Assembly (NCBI GenBank): GCA_034723125.1
Contig: JAYEOP010000021.1
Span: 1 to 52,806, forward strand
From: Bacteroidota bacterium
GTDB taxonomy: Bacteria; Bacteroidota; Bacteroidia; CAILMK01; JAAYUY01
Direction of reading: 5' to 3'
DNA: 52,806 bases
The number at the start of each line of letters is the position of its first letter. Position 1 is the first letter of the stretch. The notes under the pieces were generated by a model. It saw only the letters and a list, made by a program, of their open reading frames with translations. It was not told where the DNA came from and made no database searches. Shown here in pieces: positions 9,671-19,250 of the stretch. Position numbers and translations under genes: made by a program.

Positions 9671-10393
9671 ATGAATCAAATTTTATTTTTTGAACCTTTA
9701 TTAAAAAAAACTTCAAAAGTAATTTCTTTAAATGCAGAAGAAAGTCATCACTTAACACGAGTATTACGATTAAAAATAAATGATGAAGTACTTGTTTGTA
9801 ATGGGAAAGGAATTATTTCAAAAACTAAAATTATTAGTATTTTAAAAAATAATGTAAATCTTGAGATTACGGAAAGCAAAGAACACACAAAGCCACAACC
9901 GATAATTCATCTTGCTTTTAGCCCTTTAAAAAAAAGGATTAAAAATGAATGGATAGTTGAGAAATCAACAGAACTCGGAGTAAGTTCTATAAGTTTTTTT
10001 CAAAGTAAACATTCGGAGCGAGTGAATGTAAATAATGAAAGAATGAGGAAGGTTGTAATTAGTGCAGTAAAGCAATCACTAAATCCTTTTAAGCCATTAA
10101 TTAATGAACTTCAAAACTTTGAAAGCCTTATTAAAAACTATAACGACACAAAATATTTAAAATTAATAGCCTATTGCGGAACATCAGAAAAAGAGCATTT
10201 TTCAAAATATATAAAAAAAGGAAATAAAGAAGTAGTACTGATTATTGGAGCAGAAGGTGGTTTTTCTGAGGAAGAAATTAACTTTGCAAAATCCAATGAT
10301 TTCATTACTGTTAATTTAGGAAAACTTCGGCTTAGGTCTGAAACAGCAGCATTGTCAATGCTATCAGGGATCTTAGCTTTAGCTCAAAAATAA
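9671..10393 (+). CDS. rsmE: 16S rRNA (uracil1498-N3)-methyltransferase
   Basis: It has the PUA-like N-terminus with HHLTRVLRL and the SPOUT C-terminus with IIGAEGGFSEEEI and LRSETAA. Confidence 0.9.
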   Translation: MNQILFFEPLLKKTSKVISLNAEESHHLTRVLRLKINDEVLVCNGKGIISKTKIISILKNNVNLEITESKEHTKPQPIIHLAFSPLKKRIKNEWIVEKSTELGVSSISFFQSKHSERVNVNNERMRKVVISAVKQSLNPFKPLINELQNFESLIKNYNDTKYLKLIAYCGTSEKEHFSKYIKKGNKEVVLIIGAEGGFSEEEINFAKSNDFITVNLGKLRLRSETAALSMLSGILALAQK

Positions 10394-10401
10394 AAATAAA
10401 T

Positions 10402-11073
10402 ATGAATAAATTAAAAATATCCATAACAATAGCTTTCACAATACTGCTTTCCTTCAATTTGTTTTCTCAAAATAGCAGTGTAAAAATAGGAAGATTGGTT
10501 TATAAAGGAGGAGGAGATTGGTATGCAAATCCCACATCATTACCTAACCTCATTAAGTTTTGTAACGAAAATCTTAACACAAATATTAATGATGCTGAAG
10601 ATATTGAGGTAGGGAGTAAGGACATTTTCAACTATCCTTTTATCCACATGACGGGTCATGGAAATGTTGTTTTTAATTTTTCTGAAGCAGAAAATTTACG
10701 AAAATATTTAATTAGCGGAGGTTTTCTTCACATTGACGATAATTATGGAATGGACTCATACATTCGTCCTGAAATAAAAAAAGTTTTCCCAGAAAGTGAA
10801 TTAGTAGAATTACCCTTTTCTCATTCAATTTATCATCAAAAATATGATTTTCCAAAAGGCTTGCCAAAGATACATCAACACGATAAAAATTCTCCACAGG
10901 GATTTGGAATTTTTTACCAAGGGCGTTTGGTTATTTATTACACTTATGAATGTGATTTGGGTGATGGGTGGGAAGACAAGAGTGTTCACCACGACCCCGA
11001 TGCAACACGATTAAAAGCATTAAAAATGGGAGCTAATATTATCCAATTTGTTTTTATGGGAGAAAAGGAATAA
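10402..11073 (+). CDS. DUF4159-family secreted protein
   Basis: It has a signal peptide. YKGGGDWYANPTSLPNL and HMTGHGN..FSEAE...LR.YL..GGFLHIDDNYG resemble the DUF4159 family seen in Bacteroidota. The family was recognised from memory only. Confidence 0.65.
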   Translation: MNKLKISITIAFTILLSFNLFSQNSSVKIGRLVYKGGGDWYANPTSLPNLIKFCNENLNTNINDAEDIEVGSKDIFNYPFIHMTGHGNVVFNFSEAENLRKYLISGGFLHIDDNYGMDSYIRPEIKKVFPESELVELPFSHSIYHQKYDFPKGLPKIHQHDKNSPQGFGIFYQGRLVIYYTYECDLGDGWEDKSVHHDPDATRLKALKMGANIIQFVFMGEKE

Positions 11074-11099
11074 GCAGTTATTCAACTGTCAAATTATTA

Positions 11100-12533
11100 T
11101 TAACCTAGATTAATATTAATGAATTTTTGAATTTCCTTCATTCTATTTTCATAATTTTTATCAGTGTCAATTAAATCATTAACAGTTTGACAAGCATGAA
11201 TTACTGTTGAATGATCGCGTCCTCCAAAATGTTTACCAATTACACAAAGTGAAGAATTAGTAAGTTTTTTAGAGAAAAACATTGAAATCTGACGTGCTTG
11301 CACAATTTCTCTTTTTCTAGTTTTTGCTTTTATATCATCAATACTTATATTTAAATGATCGGCAACCAGTCTTTGAATATGTTCAATTGTGAGGTCTTTT
11401 GATGATTTTCTAATAAATCCTTTAAGTACCTCTTTTGCCAAATCAACCGACATTTCTTTTTTATTGTAAGATGCCTGAGCAAGGATTGATATCAAAGCAC
11501 CTTCAAGCTCTCTAACACTAGTATTTACATGGTATGCAATATATTCAACAACATCCCTAGGCATTTCTATACCGTCAGCATACATTTTGTTTTCAAAAAT
11601 TGCAATCCTTGTTTCAAAGTCAGGCTTTTGAAGATCTGCTGATAATCCCCATTTAAATCTTGAAAGTAATCGTTCTTCCAATCCTTGAATATCTTTTGGA
11701 GATCTATCGGAGGTAAGAACTATTTGCTTTCCATTTTGATGTAAACTATTAAAAATATGAAAGAAAATATCTTGTGTTTTTTCCTTTTTAGAAAAGAACT
11801 GAACATCATCAACAATGAGAACATCAATTAGTTGATAAAAATTAATAAAATCATTAACAATTTTATTTTTTAATGATTCAATAAATTGGTTAGTAAATTG
11901 TTCAGCAGAAACATACAGTATTACTTTATTTCTAAAATTATTTCTAACCTCATTCCCTATTGCCTGAGCCAGATGAGTTTTTCCTAAGCCAACACCTCCA
12001 TAAATAAAAAGCGGATTAAAAGAAGTACCACCCGGTTTTGCAGCAACTGCCAAACCAGCACTACGTGCAAGCCTGTTACATTCACCTTCTACAAATTGTT
12101 TGAAATTAAAATTACTATTTAACTGAGGATCAACTTTTATCTTTTTTAAACCAGGAATAATAAATGGATTTTTTATAGAATTACTAATGTTAACAGGCAT
12201 TGATATTTCCATACCACCATCATTACTAAAATGAGATGCCGGCATATTTATCGTTCTTTGAGCATTTCCTGAACTGCTGTTTTCCACAAGGATATTATAT
12301 TCTAATTTAGCACCGGTACCAATTACTTTTTTTATTATTTTACGCAACAAATTAACATAATGTTCTTCAAGCCACTCATAAAAGAAAAGACTAGGCACCT
12401 GAATAGTAAGTACCTTTTTTTCTAATTTAACCGCTTCAATTGGATTAAACCATGTTTTGTAACTTTGTGCATTAATATTATCTTTAATAATTTTAAGACA
12501 TTTCTTCCAAACTTCAATATGCTGTTCGCTCAT
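11100..12533 (-). CDS. dnaA: Chromosomal replication initiator protein DnaA
   Basis: The domain I start is WKKCL..IKDNI....YKTWF. It has Walker A GGVGLGKTHL, Walker B LIVDDVQF, sensor motifs and the C-terminal DNA-binding helix (HSTVIHA). Confidence 0.97.
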   Translation of the reverse strand: MSEQHIEVWKKCLKIIKDNINAQSYKTWFNPIEAVKLEKKVLTIQVPSLFFYEWLEEHYVNLLRKIIKKVIGTGAKLEYNILVENSSSGNAQRTINMPASHFSNDGGMEISMPVNISNSIKNPFIIPGLKKIKVDPQLNSNFNFKQFVEGECNRLARSAGLAVAAKPGGTSFNPLFIYGGVGLGKTHLAQAIGNEVRNNFRNKVILYVSAEQFTNQFIESLKNKIVNDFINFYQLIDVLIVDDVQFFSKKEKTQDIFFHIFNSLHQNGKQIVLTSDRSPKDIQGLEERLLSRFKWGLSADLQKPDFETRIAIFENKMYADGIEMPRDVVEYIAYHVNTSVRELEGALISILAQASYNKKEMSVDLAKEVLKGFIRKSSKDLTIEHIQRLVADHLNISIDDIKAKTRKREIVQARQISMFFSKKLTNSSLCVIGKHFGGRDHSTVIHACQTVNDLIDTDKNYENRMKEIQKFININLG

Positions 12534-12625
12534 AATTGTTCAATAAAGTAAAATTTTTTAACATTTTTTCAGGTTATAAAGGTGGTAATATTTTCAACAA
12601 TAGAGAAATTTTTGTTGATAAAATT

Positions 12626-13564
12626 TTAATAAATTTTTAAAGTCTTGCTGTGCTTGACTTTCGGCTTCAAATCTTTTTCAAAATAAAAATCCATCCGTCC
12701 GAGGTAAATACCTGCAAAGCCCTGTTGAAATATCTGACACTCAGCACCTTCTGCGTTTTCAATTATTTCAGGTTTTTTCATAAAGGTATGAGTATGACCA
12801 CTTATTATGTAATTAATATAGTTTGTTTTTTGAGCAATTTTTATATCATTTATTTTATTAGATTCATAATCAAATCCTAAATGAGAAATACATATTATTA
12901 AATCGCATTTTTTCTCATTTTTCAAAATATTTTCTTGCTCAATAGCAACTTTTGTCGGATCCAAATATTTTATATTCTTGTACAAACTTTCAGATACCAA
13001 TCCTTGAAGTTCTATTCCAAGTCCGAAAACTCCAATCTTAATTCCATCCATTTCAAATACTTTATTATTAATGGTAAGATTTTTCAAAGGAGTTTCAGAA
13101 ACATCATAATTAGAAATTATAAATGGAAAACTTGAATTTTTAATATTTTTTGCCAAAGTATTCAAGCCTGCATCAAATTCATGATTACCAATTACAGCTC
13201 CATCATATTTCATTTCCGACATTAGCTTAAATTCAAGCTCTCCATTGAAATAGTTAAAATAAGGTGTACCTTGAATAATATCACCTGCATCAAAAAGCAA
13301 TACATTTTTTTCTTCTTTACGGATTTTTTTAATTAAAGTCGCTCTTCTTGCACAACCTGCTAATCCTTGATTTCTACTTCCATCCATCGGAAATGGTTCA
13401 ATCCTGCTGTGTGTATCATTAGTACTTAAAATGGTAATTTTTTTTACATCATTTTTTGCAAAAGAATTAAAGGGTATTTTGCTCGAAAGCCATATTCCTG
13501 CTCCTGCATAAACTGAATTTCTTATAAACTTACGCCTATTAATTTTTTTTGATTCTTCCATCAA
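12626..13564 (-). CDS. Metallophosphoesterase half of a split UshA-like 5'-nucleotidase, with a twin-arginine signal
   Basis: The Tat motif is NRRKFIRNSVYAGAG. The calcineurin-like motifs are TNDTHSR, DAGD, GNHEFD and GHTH. Confidence 0.85.
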   Translation of the reverse strand: MMEESKKINRRKFIRNSVYAGAGIWLSSKIPFNSFAKNDVKKITILSTNDTHSRIEPFPMDGSRNQGLAGCARRATLIKKIRKEEKNVLLFDAGDIIQGTPYFNYFNGELEFKLMSEMKYDGAVIGNHEFDAGLNTLAKNIKNSSFPFIISNYDVSETPLKNLTINNKVFEMDGIKIGVFGLGIELQGLVSESLYKNIKYLDPTKVAIEQENILKNEKKCDLIICISHLGFDYESNKINDIKIAQKTNYINYIISGHTHTFMKKPEIIENAEGAECQIFQQGFAGIYLGRMDFYFEKDLKPKVKHSKTLKIY

Positions 13565-14297
13565 TCTCCGTTTTTATAAGATTAGCATTTTTTGTTTGCT
13601 CAACAATATTTTCAATTATCATATCACGTAACAACAAATCAATTTTTTGCTTTTCTTCAACCTCTTTTAAAAAAAACATTCCACTACCTCCACCTGCGAG
13701 ATAATCATTTGTAAGTACAAAATAATTTTTATCCTTTTGATAAGGCTTACCATTTATTAATATATCAAAACATTTATTGTTTTTTATAGTAAATCTGATT
13801 CCCGATACTGCCATACCATCATTGCTTGCAAAATATTCAAACAACTTTTCCATCAGTTCGGGAGTCATTTTCAAAATCACAACTTTATTATTAAAAGGCA
13901 TAATTTCGTAAACATTTCTAACGCTAATATCTCCCTTTGGCATAATTGCCCTTAGCCCACCATTGTTAGTAAATGCAAAATCTACTTTTTTATTTAATTT
14001 GTTTTTTACAGTTTCTAACATTAAATCGGCAACAAAATTACCAAGTAATCCCTCAGGAAAGCCCTTTACCATAACTTGAGTTGAATGACCAATTATAACA
14101 TTCATTGTTTTGTCAAGGCTATCTTTGTAAGGCTTAATTATTCCCTTTATTTCAGCATCTTCATTTATGTTTGAAGAAATTTCGTATCGTTGAGAACTTA
14201 CTTTAGACAGCTCATCCTTTACCTCATTTGAACAGGAAAATAAAATTATGGATAAGATCAAAAAAGACAAGCAAGTATATTTTTTTAAACCTAACAT
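13539..14297 (-). CDS. 5'-nucleotidase C-terminal (substrate-binding) domain lipoprotein
   Basis: It has the lipobox LFSC. The GNFVAD...NNGGLR...Y.I.PF.N pattern is typical of the 5_nucleotid_C domain. Its 3' end overlaps the downstream metallophosphatase gene by 26 nt. Confidence 0.85.
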   Translation of the reverse strand: MLGLKKYTCLSFLILSIILFSCSNEVKDELSKVSSQRYEISSNINEDAEIKGIIKPYKDSLDKTMNVIIGHSTQVMVKGFPEGLLGNFVADLMLETVKNKLNKKVDFAFTNNGGLRAIMPKGDISVRNVYEIMPFNNKVVILKMTPELMEKLFEYFASNDGMAVSGIRFTIKNNKCFDILINGKPYQKDKNYFVLTNDYLAGGGSGMFFLKEVEEKQKIDLLLRDMIIENIVEQTKNANLIKTEIDGRIKKN

Positions 14298-14318
14298 TTA
14301 AAAATCAATTAATTACCT

Positions 14319-14837
14319 TTAAAACAATTGCTGAGCTTCTTTTTTTAAATGTGTTTTTGCATCATAAAGAAAAACACTTATTTTTTGATTATTCAAAAGA
14401 ATAATTTTTACTAAATCAAGTGAATTATTTTGATTATCAACTTTTTCTTTTGATAAATTAATAATTTTTGCAATTTCAGATTTAGCTTTCAATACTTTAT
14501 CCCATGCTTCATTAGAAACATACAATTGCTGTGCTACATTATGGTCAAATTCAGCCCTAAGATTTGAAATTAATTGAGCATGTAATTGTTCAACATTCAT
14601 TCCTGCTTTATTTATCCTTACAATTAAATTTTCAGGAGCAATTCGTTCAAGCAATAGCATTACTCTTTCATAAGCTTGTAACTTAAGCATTATCAAATCC
14701 TTTGCAGAATCAGATTTTACATCAATCAACTTTTTATCTTTTTCATTTTGTAAAAAGCTTTTTAAAATATAAAATGCCGTTACAAAAACAATTACTGAGG
14801 GTAATAAAACTTTTATTAATTCAATAAATACATCCAT
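14319..14837 (-). CDS. Hypothetical membrane-anchored protein; I moved the start to Met17 of the track ORF
   Basis: The track ORF reaches 14885. A TAttTTTG -7 box on the minus strand (plus coordinates 14856-14863) lies inside that extension. MDVFIELIKVLLPSVIVFVTAFYIL then reads as a natural N-terminal TM anchor. No recognisable catalytic motif is present. Confidence 0.6.
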   Translation of the reverse strand: MDVFIELIKVLLPSVIVFVTAFYILKSFLQNEKDKKLIDVKSDSAKDLIMLKLQAYERVMLLLERIAPENLIVRINKAGMNVEQLHAQLISNLRAEFDHNVAQQLYVSNEAWDKVLKAKSEIAKIINLSKEKVDNQNNSLDLVKIILLNNQKISVFLYDAKTHLKKEAQQLF

Positions 14838-14855
14838 ATCACATTTTTTTATTTG

Positions 14856-14863
14856 CAAAAATA
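14856..14863 (-). promoter_or_regulatory. Candidate -7 box (TATTTTTG on the minus strand)
   Basis: It matches TAnnTTTG 18 nt upstream of the ATG at 14837. Confidence 0.35.
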
Positions 14864-14949
14864 CTAAAGTAAGTTGGGATTTCAATTACTCTTTTCAATA
14901 TTGTTCAAGCAAAGTTATTTTTAAAAATTGTTTTTTTTATAAAAACATG

Positions 14950-14957
14950 TATATTTG
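14950..14957 (+). promoter_or_regulatory. Candidate -7 box (TATATTTG) for the CotH gene
   Basis: It matches TAnnTTTG 11 nt upstream of the ATG at 14969. This would give a very short leader, which is common in Bacteroidota. Confidence 0.35.
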
Positions 14958-14968
14958 TAAGTTGTTTC

Positions 14969-17209
14969 ATGATTACAAATCATTTAAATAGAACTAAATT
15001 GAAAAATTTTACTACTTCATTTTTTATTTTATTATTTTTCTTTATTTCAACTTTATCAAAAGGACAGGGTGCAGTTGATCACTGGGAAACCATAATATTT
15101 CCACAATTTTCATGGGATTATTTTGTTGGTACTACCGAGCCCGATTCCACATGGAATACACTTGCTTTTAACACAAGTAATTGGAATAAAGGAAAAGGAG
15201 GAATTGGTTATGCCGATGGAGATGACAGAACAATTATTCCATCTACAATATCACTTTACATGAGAATGAAATTTATGGTACCTGATAAGGATAAAATTGC
15301 CAGAATTATATTATCAATGGATTATGATGATGCATTTGTAGCCTACCTAAATGGAACAGAAATAGCAAGGTCGAACATAGGAACTGTTGGGATTAAACCA
15401 AAGTACAATGATACATCATTAACATTTCATGAAGCGGTTATGTATAAAGGTGAGGATCCTGAATCATTTTCCCCATCAATAGATTTAATATCTAATACAC
15501 TTTCCACAGGAATGAATGTACTTGCAATTCAAGTACATAATACAGGTATTACTTCATCCGACATGTCAGCAATACCATTTTTATTTGCAGGCATTAATGA
15601 TAAAAGTACATTTTATGCACCACCTCCTTCATGGTTCAAGGTAGCTAATATTTTCATTTCTTCAAATTTGCCAATTATCCAAATCAATACATTAGGAAAT
15701 ACAATTGTTGATGAGCCAAAAATAACTGCTGAAATGACAATTATTAATAATGGACCTGGAAAATTAAACATTCTTTCAGATTCATCAACGGACTATTCAG
15801 GACAAATCGGAATTGAATACAGAGGACAGTCTTCTCAGGAATTTATAAAAAAATCAATGGCAATTGAAACTCGCAAATCTGATGGAAGCAATAATAATGT
15901 TTCTATTTTTGGTTGGCCAAAAGAAAACGATTGGATTTTATATGCTCCTTACAGTGATAAAAGTCTGTTACGAAATGTTCTTACTTTGAAATTAGCAGAA
16001 GCAACAAATCAATATTCATCAAGGACAAAATTTTGTGAATTATTTATTAATGGAGACTATAAAGGCGTTTATGTTTTTATGGAAAAAATCAAAAGAGACA
16101 ATGGAAGAGTAAATATTTCAAAATTAAAAAGCAGTGACATAACAGGAGATGACCTTACAGGTGGATATATAATAAAGGTTGATAAATCGGATACCATTGC
16201 AGAAGGTTGGTATTCGTACCCAAGTCCTGCATATCCTGATGCAATGATTCTCTTTTTATCATATCATTATCCTAAATGGGATGAAATAGTTCCCAAACAA
16301 AAAGAATATATACAAAATTATATCTTAGATTTTGAAAATACTTTAGTTAGCAATGAGTTTGCTGACCCGCTAACAGGTTATTCAAAATACATTGATATAA
16401 GTTCATTTATTGATTTTTTATTGATAAACGAACTTAGTAAAGACATTGATGCTTTTAAATACAGCGTTTTTATGTACAAAAATAAAGATAGCAAGGGTGG
16501 AAAATTAAAAATGGGACCATACTGGGATTTTAATCTTGGATATGGGAATGTTAACTATGGTGATTATCATGTAGATTCAACAGGGGGCTGGATTTATAAC
16601 AAAGCATACAAAATGTTTTGGTTTGAAAGATTAATGCAAGACACAAATTTTCAAAACAAAGTAAAATGCAGATGGAATAAATTAAGGAAAGGTCCTTATA
16701 AAACAGATATTGTACTAAGCTATATTGATTCAATGACAAATTATTTAGATGAGGCTCAAAAACGAAATTTTAATGAATACCATATACTAGGAAGATATAT
16801 TTGGCCAAACAAATATGTTTTTGATACTTATGAAGAAGAAATCAGTTATTTAAAAGATTGGCTTTCTGCTCGTTTTGAATGGATGGATAATAACCTACCC
16901 GGATATTGTGATCCATCGGCAATTGATGAAAAGTCAAATCCCGATTTTTACCTCACTAGCTACCCTAATCCATTTACTAACAACTTTAACTTAAGTTATA
17001 ATTTGCAAAAAACTGCAAATGTTGAAATTAGCATTTATGATATTACAGGGAAATTACTAAAAACAGTTGTAAACAAAAATCAAAGACAGGGAAATTATTT
17101 CCTTAATTTTGATATAAAACAAGTAAATATTAATTCAAAAGGAATATATTTATGTGTAACAAAACTGAACAACAAAACAATATCTATTAATAAACTTGTT
17201 AAGTATTAA
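14969..17209 (+). CDS. CotH-family (atypical kinase fold) secreted protein with a T9SS C-terminal sorting domain
   Basis: It has a signal peptide. The central region has NLPIIQINT, IEYRGQSSQ, DWILYAPYSDKSLLRN and F.ELFINGDYKGVYVFMEKIKRD, typical of CotH. The C-terminal roughly 80 aa (YPNPFTNNFNLSY...GIYL) matches the Por/T9SS sorting domain pattern. Confidence 0.85.
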   Translation: MITNHLNRTKLKNFTTSFFILLFFFISTLSKGQGAVDHWETIIFPQFSWDYFVGTTEPDSTWNTLAFNTSNWNKGKGGIGYADGDDRTIIPSTISLYMRMKFMVPDKDKIARIILSMDYDDAFVAYLNGTEIARSNIGTVGIKPKYNDTSLTFHEAVMYKGEDPESFSPSIDLISNTLSTGMNVLAIQVHNTGITSSDMSAIPFLFAGINDKSTFYAPPPSWFKVANIFISSNLPIIQINTLGNTIVDEPKITAEMTIINNGPGKLNILSDSSTDYSGQIGIEYRGQSSQEFIKKSMAIETRKSDGSNNNVSIFGWPKENDWILYAPYSDKSLLRNVLTLKLAEATNQYSSRTKFCELFINGDYKGVYVFMEKIKRDNGRVNISKLKSSDITGDDLTGGYIIKVDKSDTIAEGWYSYPSPAYPDAMILFLSYHYPKWDEIVPKQKEYIQNYILDFENTLVSNEFADPLTGYSKYIDISSFIDFLLINELSKDIDAFKYSVFMYKNKDSKGGKLKMGPYWDFNLGYGNVNYGDYHVDSTGGWIYNKAYKMFWFERLMQDTNFQNKVKCRWNKLRKGPYKTDIVLSYIDSMTNYLDEAQKRNFNEYHILGRYIWPNKYVFDTYEEEISYLKDWLSARFEWMDNNLPGYCDPSAIDEKSNPDFYLTSYPNPFTNNFNLSYNLQKTANVEISIYDITGKLLKTVVNKNQRQGNYFLNFDIKQVNINSKGIYLCVTKLNNKTISINKLVKY

Positions 17210-17277
17210 CTAAAAAAAATTAATAATTATTTGATTATGCTTAACTTTGCAACAGAAATATAAACTAATATATTTAG

Positions 17278-18459
17278 ATGAAAATACGTCCTGGCAATAT
17301 TATTTTTCTTATTATTTTATTTATTCCGTTTTGGAGTTGGCTTTGGTGGTATTTTAGTCCAACTTACCCGATGAACATTCTTACATTAGATAAAACTGTT
17401 TCTACACCATTTAGAAATGAACATCGTTCTTTAAATTGGATACAAACCCACAATAAATATGTAAAAAAATCAGATGGTAAACTTTACAGTAACTTCAAAG
17501 ATTACTATGGTTTTTTTCCCTTAAAACCTTATGAAAACAAAAAATACTGGATAAGCGACCTTGATTCCTTATCGAAAGAACAAATTGATTCAATGTCTGA
17601 TGCACTTGATATGGTTTACTATACCGACCTTTACGGAGTTTATTACAATGAATGGTACCTTGATTCTCTTGAAACAGAACATTCGCCAAAAATTTATGGA
17701 GGAATGTCAAGAACAGATTATCTGCTTCTTGAAAAAATGAAGGAAAAGAAAAAACTAATACTCACTGAATTTAATATCATTGCATCTCCAACATCATGGG
17801 TAGTTCGTAGAAAAACAGAAGAACTTTTTAATTTTGAATGGACAGGTTGGACAGGTAGATATTTTAATTTATTAGACACTTTAAAAAACCCTGAATTACC
17901 CAGATGGGTAATACGGCTTTATAAAGAACAACACGATGGTAATTGGCCATTTACAAAAGCAGGAATTGTATTTGTTCATTTAGACGAAAGAATTGCAATA
18001 CTTGAAAAGCGTACATCTCTTGATGTTGAAGTCCCTTTTATTTATACATCCGAATATGGACAAAAGAAATATGACTTACCAAAAAAAATCCATTATCCAT
18101 ACTGGTTTGATATCACTTTCACAAAAAACACAAATAAAGTTGTTTCATCCTACAAAATAAAACCTAACGATGTTGGCGATTCAATATTAACACTATACGG
18201 AATTCCTACAGAATACCCGGCTTTTATTGAACACGATGAAGACGATTATAAATTTTATTACTTTGCAGGAGACTTTTCAGATAATCCTATTACATTATAT
18301 TCTTCGCATTTTCGTGGTATTGGGCTTATTAGTAGGGTCTTTTATAAAAATGCAACATTTAATGAAAGAACAAAATTCTTTTGGAGATATTATAAACCGG
18401 TAATGGAAACAATTATTGAAAACTATACAGATGAAAGAAATTTGTTTAATGAAAAATAA
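17278..18459 (+). CDS. Hypothetical N-terminally anchored protein, aromatic-rich, no recognisable domain
   Basis: It is a long ORF with a single N-terminal TM (NIIFLIILFIPFWSWLWWYF). It is on the same strand as, and 51 nt upstream of, the Hpt gene. Confidence 0.7.
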   Translation: MKIRPGNIIFLIILFIPFWSWLWWYFSPTYPMNILTLDKTVSTPFRNEHRSLNWIQTHNKYVKKSDGKLYSNFKDYYGFFPLKPYENKKYWISDLDSLSKEQIDSMSDALDMVYYTDLYGVYYNEWYLDSLETEHSPKIYGGMSRTDYLLLEKMKEKKKLILTEFNIIASPTSWVVRRKTEELFNFEWTGWTGRYFNLLDTLKNPELPRWVIRLYKEQHDGNWPFTKAGIVFVHLDERIAILEKRTSLDVEVPFIYTSEYGQKKYDLPKKIHYPYWFDITFTKNTNKVVSSYKIKPNDVGDSILTLYGIPTEYPAFIEHDEDDYKFYYFAGDFSDNPITLYSSHFRGIGLISRVFYKNATFNERTKFFWRYYKPVMETIIENYTDERNLFNEK

Positions 18460-18510
18460 TATAATTTAAATTTACGAATAACATTAAACGCTTTAAATTA
18501 AGCACATAGG

Positions 18511-18870
18511 ATGGTAGAACAAAAATTATATAACGCTAGCAGATTAGAAGAAATGACAGATGGTGATACTAAATTTGCCAAAGAGATGATAGAATATTTT
18601 ATCAATATTTATGAAGAAGTTATTCAAAACTTATTTTATTACTATGAAAAAGAAGATTGGAATATGCTAAGAAGAACTGCCCATAAATTTCTTTCAAATG
18701 CAAGTATGCTTGGAGCATTTAGTATTGTTGGAAATATTGACGAAATTGAAGACCTTGCTTTGCAAAAAAAGAAAAATGATAATATTCCTGAACTAATTAA
18801 TACAGTAAATAAAGACTGCAAGATATTATCTATTCAATTTGAAAATGATTTTTTAAAAGATAATAATTAA
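18511..18870 (+). CDS. Histidine phosphotransfer (Hpt) domain protein
   Basis: It is 119 aa and helical. RRTAHKFLSNASMLGA fits the Hpt HxxKG-type phospho-histidine helix. It lies immediately upstream of a receiver gene. Confidence 0.7.
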   Translation: MVEQKLYNASRLEEMTDGDTKFAKEMIEYFINIYEEVIQNLFYYYEKEDWNMLRRTAHKFLSNASMLGAFSIVGNIDEIEDLALQKKKNDNIPELINTVNKDCKILSIQFENDFLKDNN

Positions 18871-18887
18871 AATAAATTATATAAAAA

Positions 18888-19250
18888 ATGAAAGTTTTAG
18901 TATGTGAAGACGACACCATGATTCTGAAAATGATTGAATTACGACTCAAGAAAGATGGTTATGATATTACAATTGCAAAAGATGGGAAAAATGGAGCAAC
19001 AATGATAAAAGAAAATAAATTTGATTTAATAATTACTGATTTGCTCATGCCGTTTTTTAGTGGTTTGGAATTAATTAACCTTATAAGAAATGAATTAAAA
19101 CTTCAAACACCTTTAATAGTTTTATCCTCAGTAAAATTTGAGGATACTATTTTAAAGGCATTTGAACTTGGTGCTGATGATTATATTGTTAAACCATTTA
19201 GCCCAAATGAACTTTCAATTAGAGTAAAACGACATATTAAAAAAAGATAA
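18888..19250 (+). CDS. Stand-alone response-regulator receiver (CheY-like) protein
   Basis: It has the acidic pocket CEDD, the phospho-acceptor IITDLLMP, the conserved S in LSS and KPF. There is no output domain (120 aa). Confidence 0.9.
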   Translation: MKVLVCEDDTMILKMIELRLKKDGYDITIAKDGKNGATMIKENKFDLIITDLLMPFFSGLELINLIRNELKLQTPLIVLSSVKFEDTILKAFELGADDYIVKPFSPNELSIRVKRHIKKR

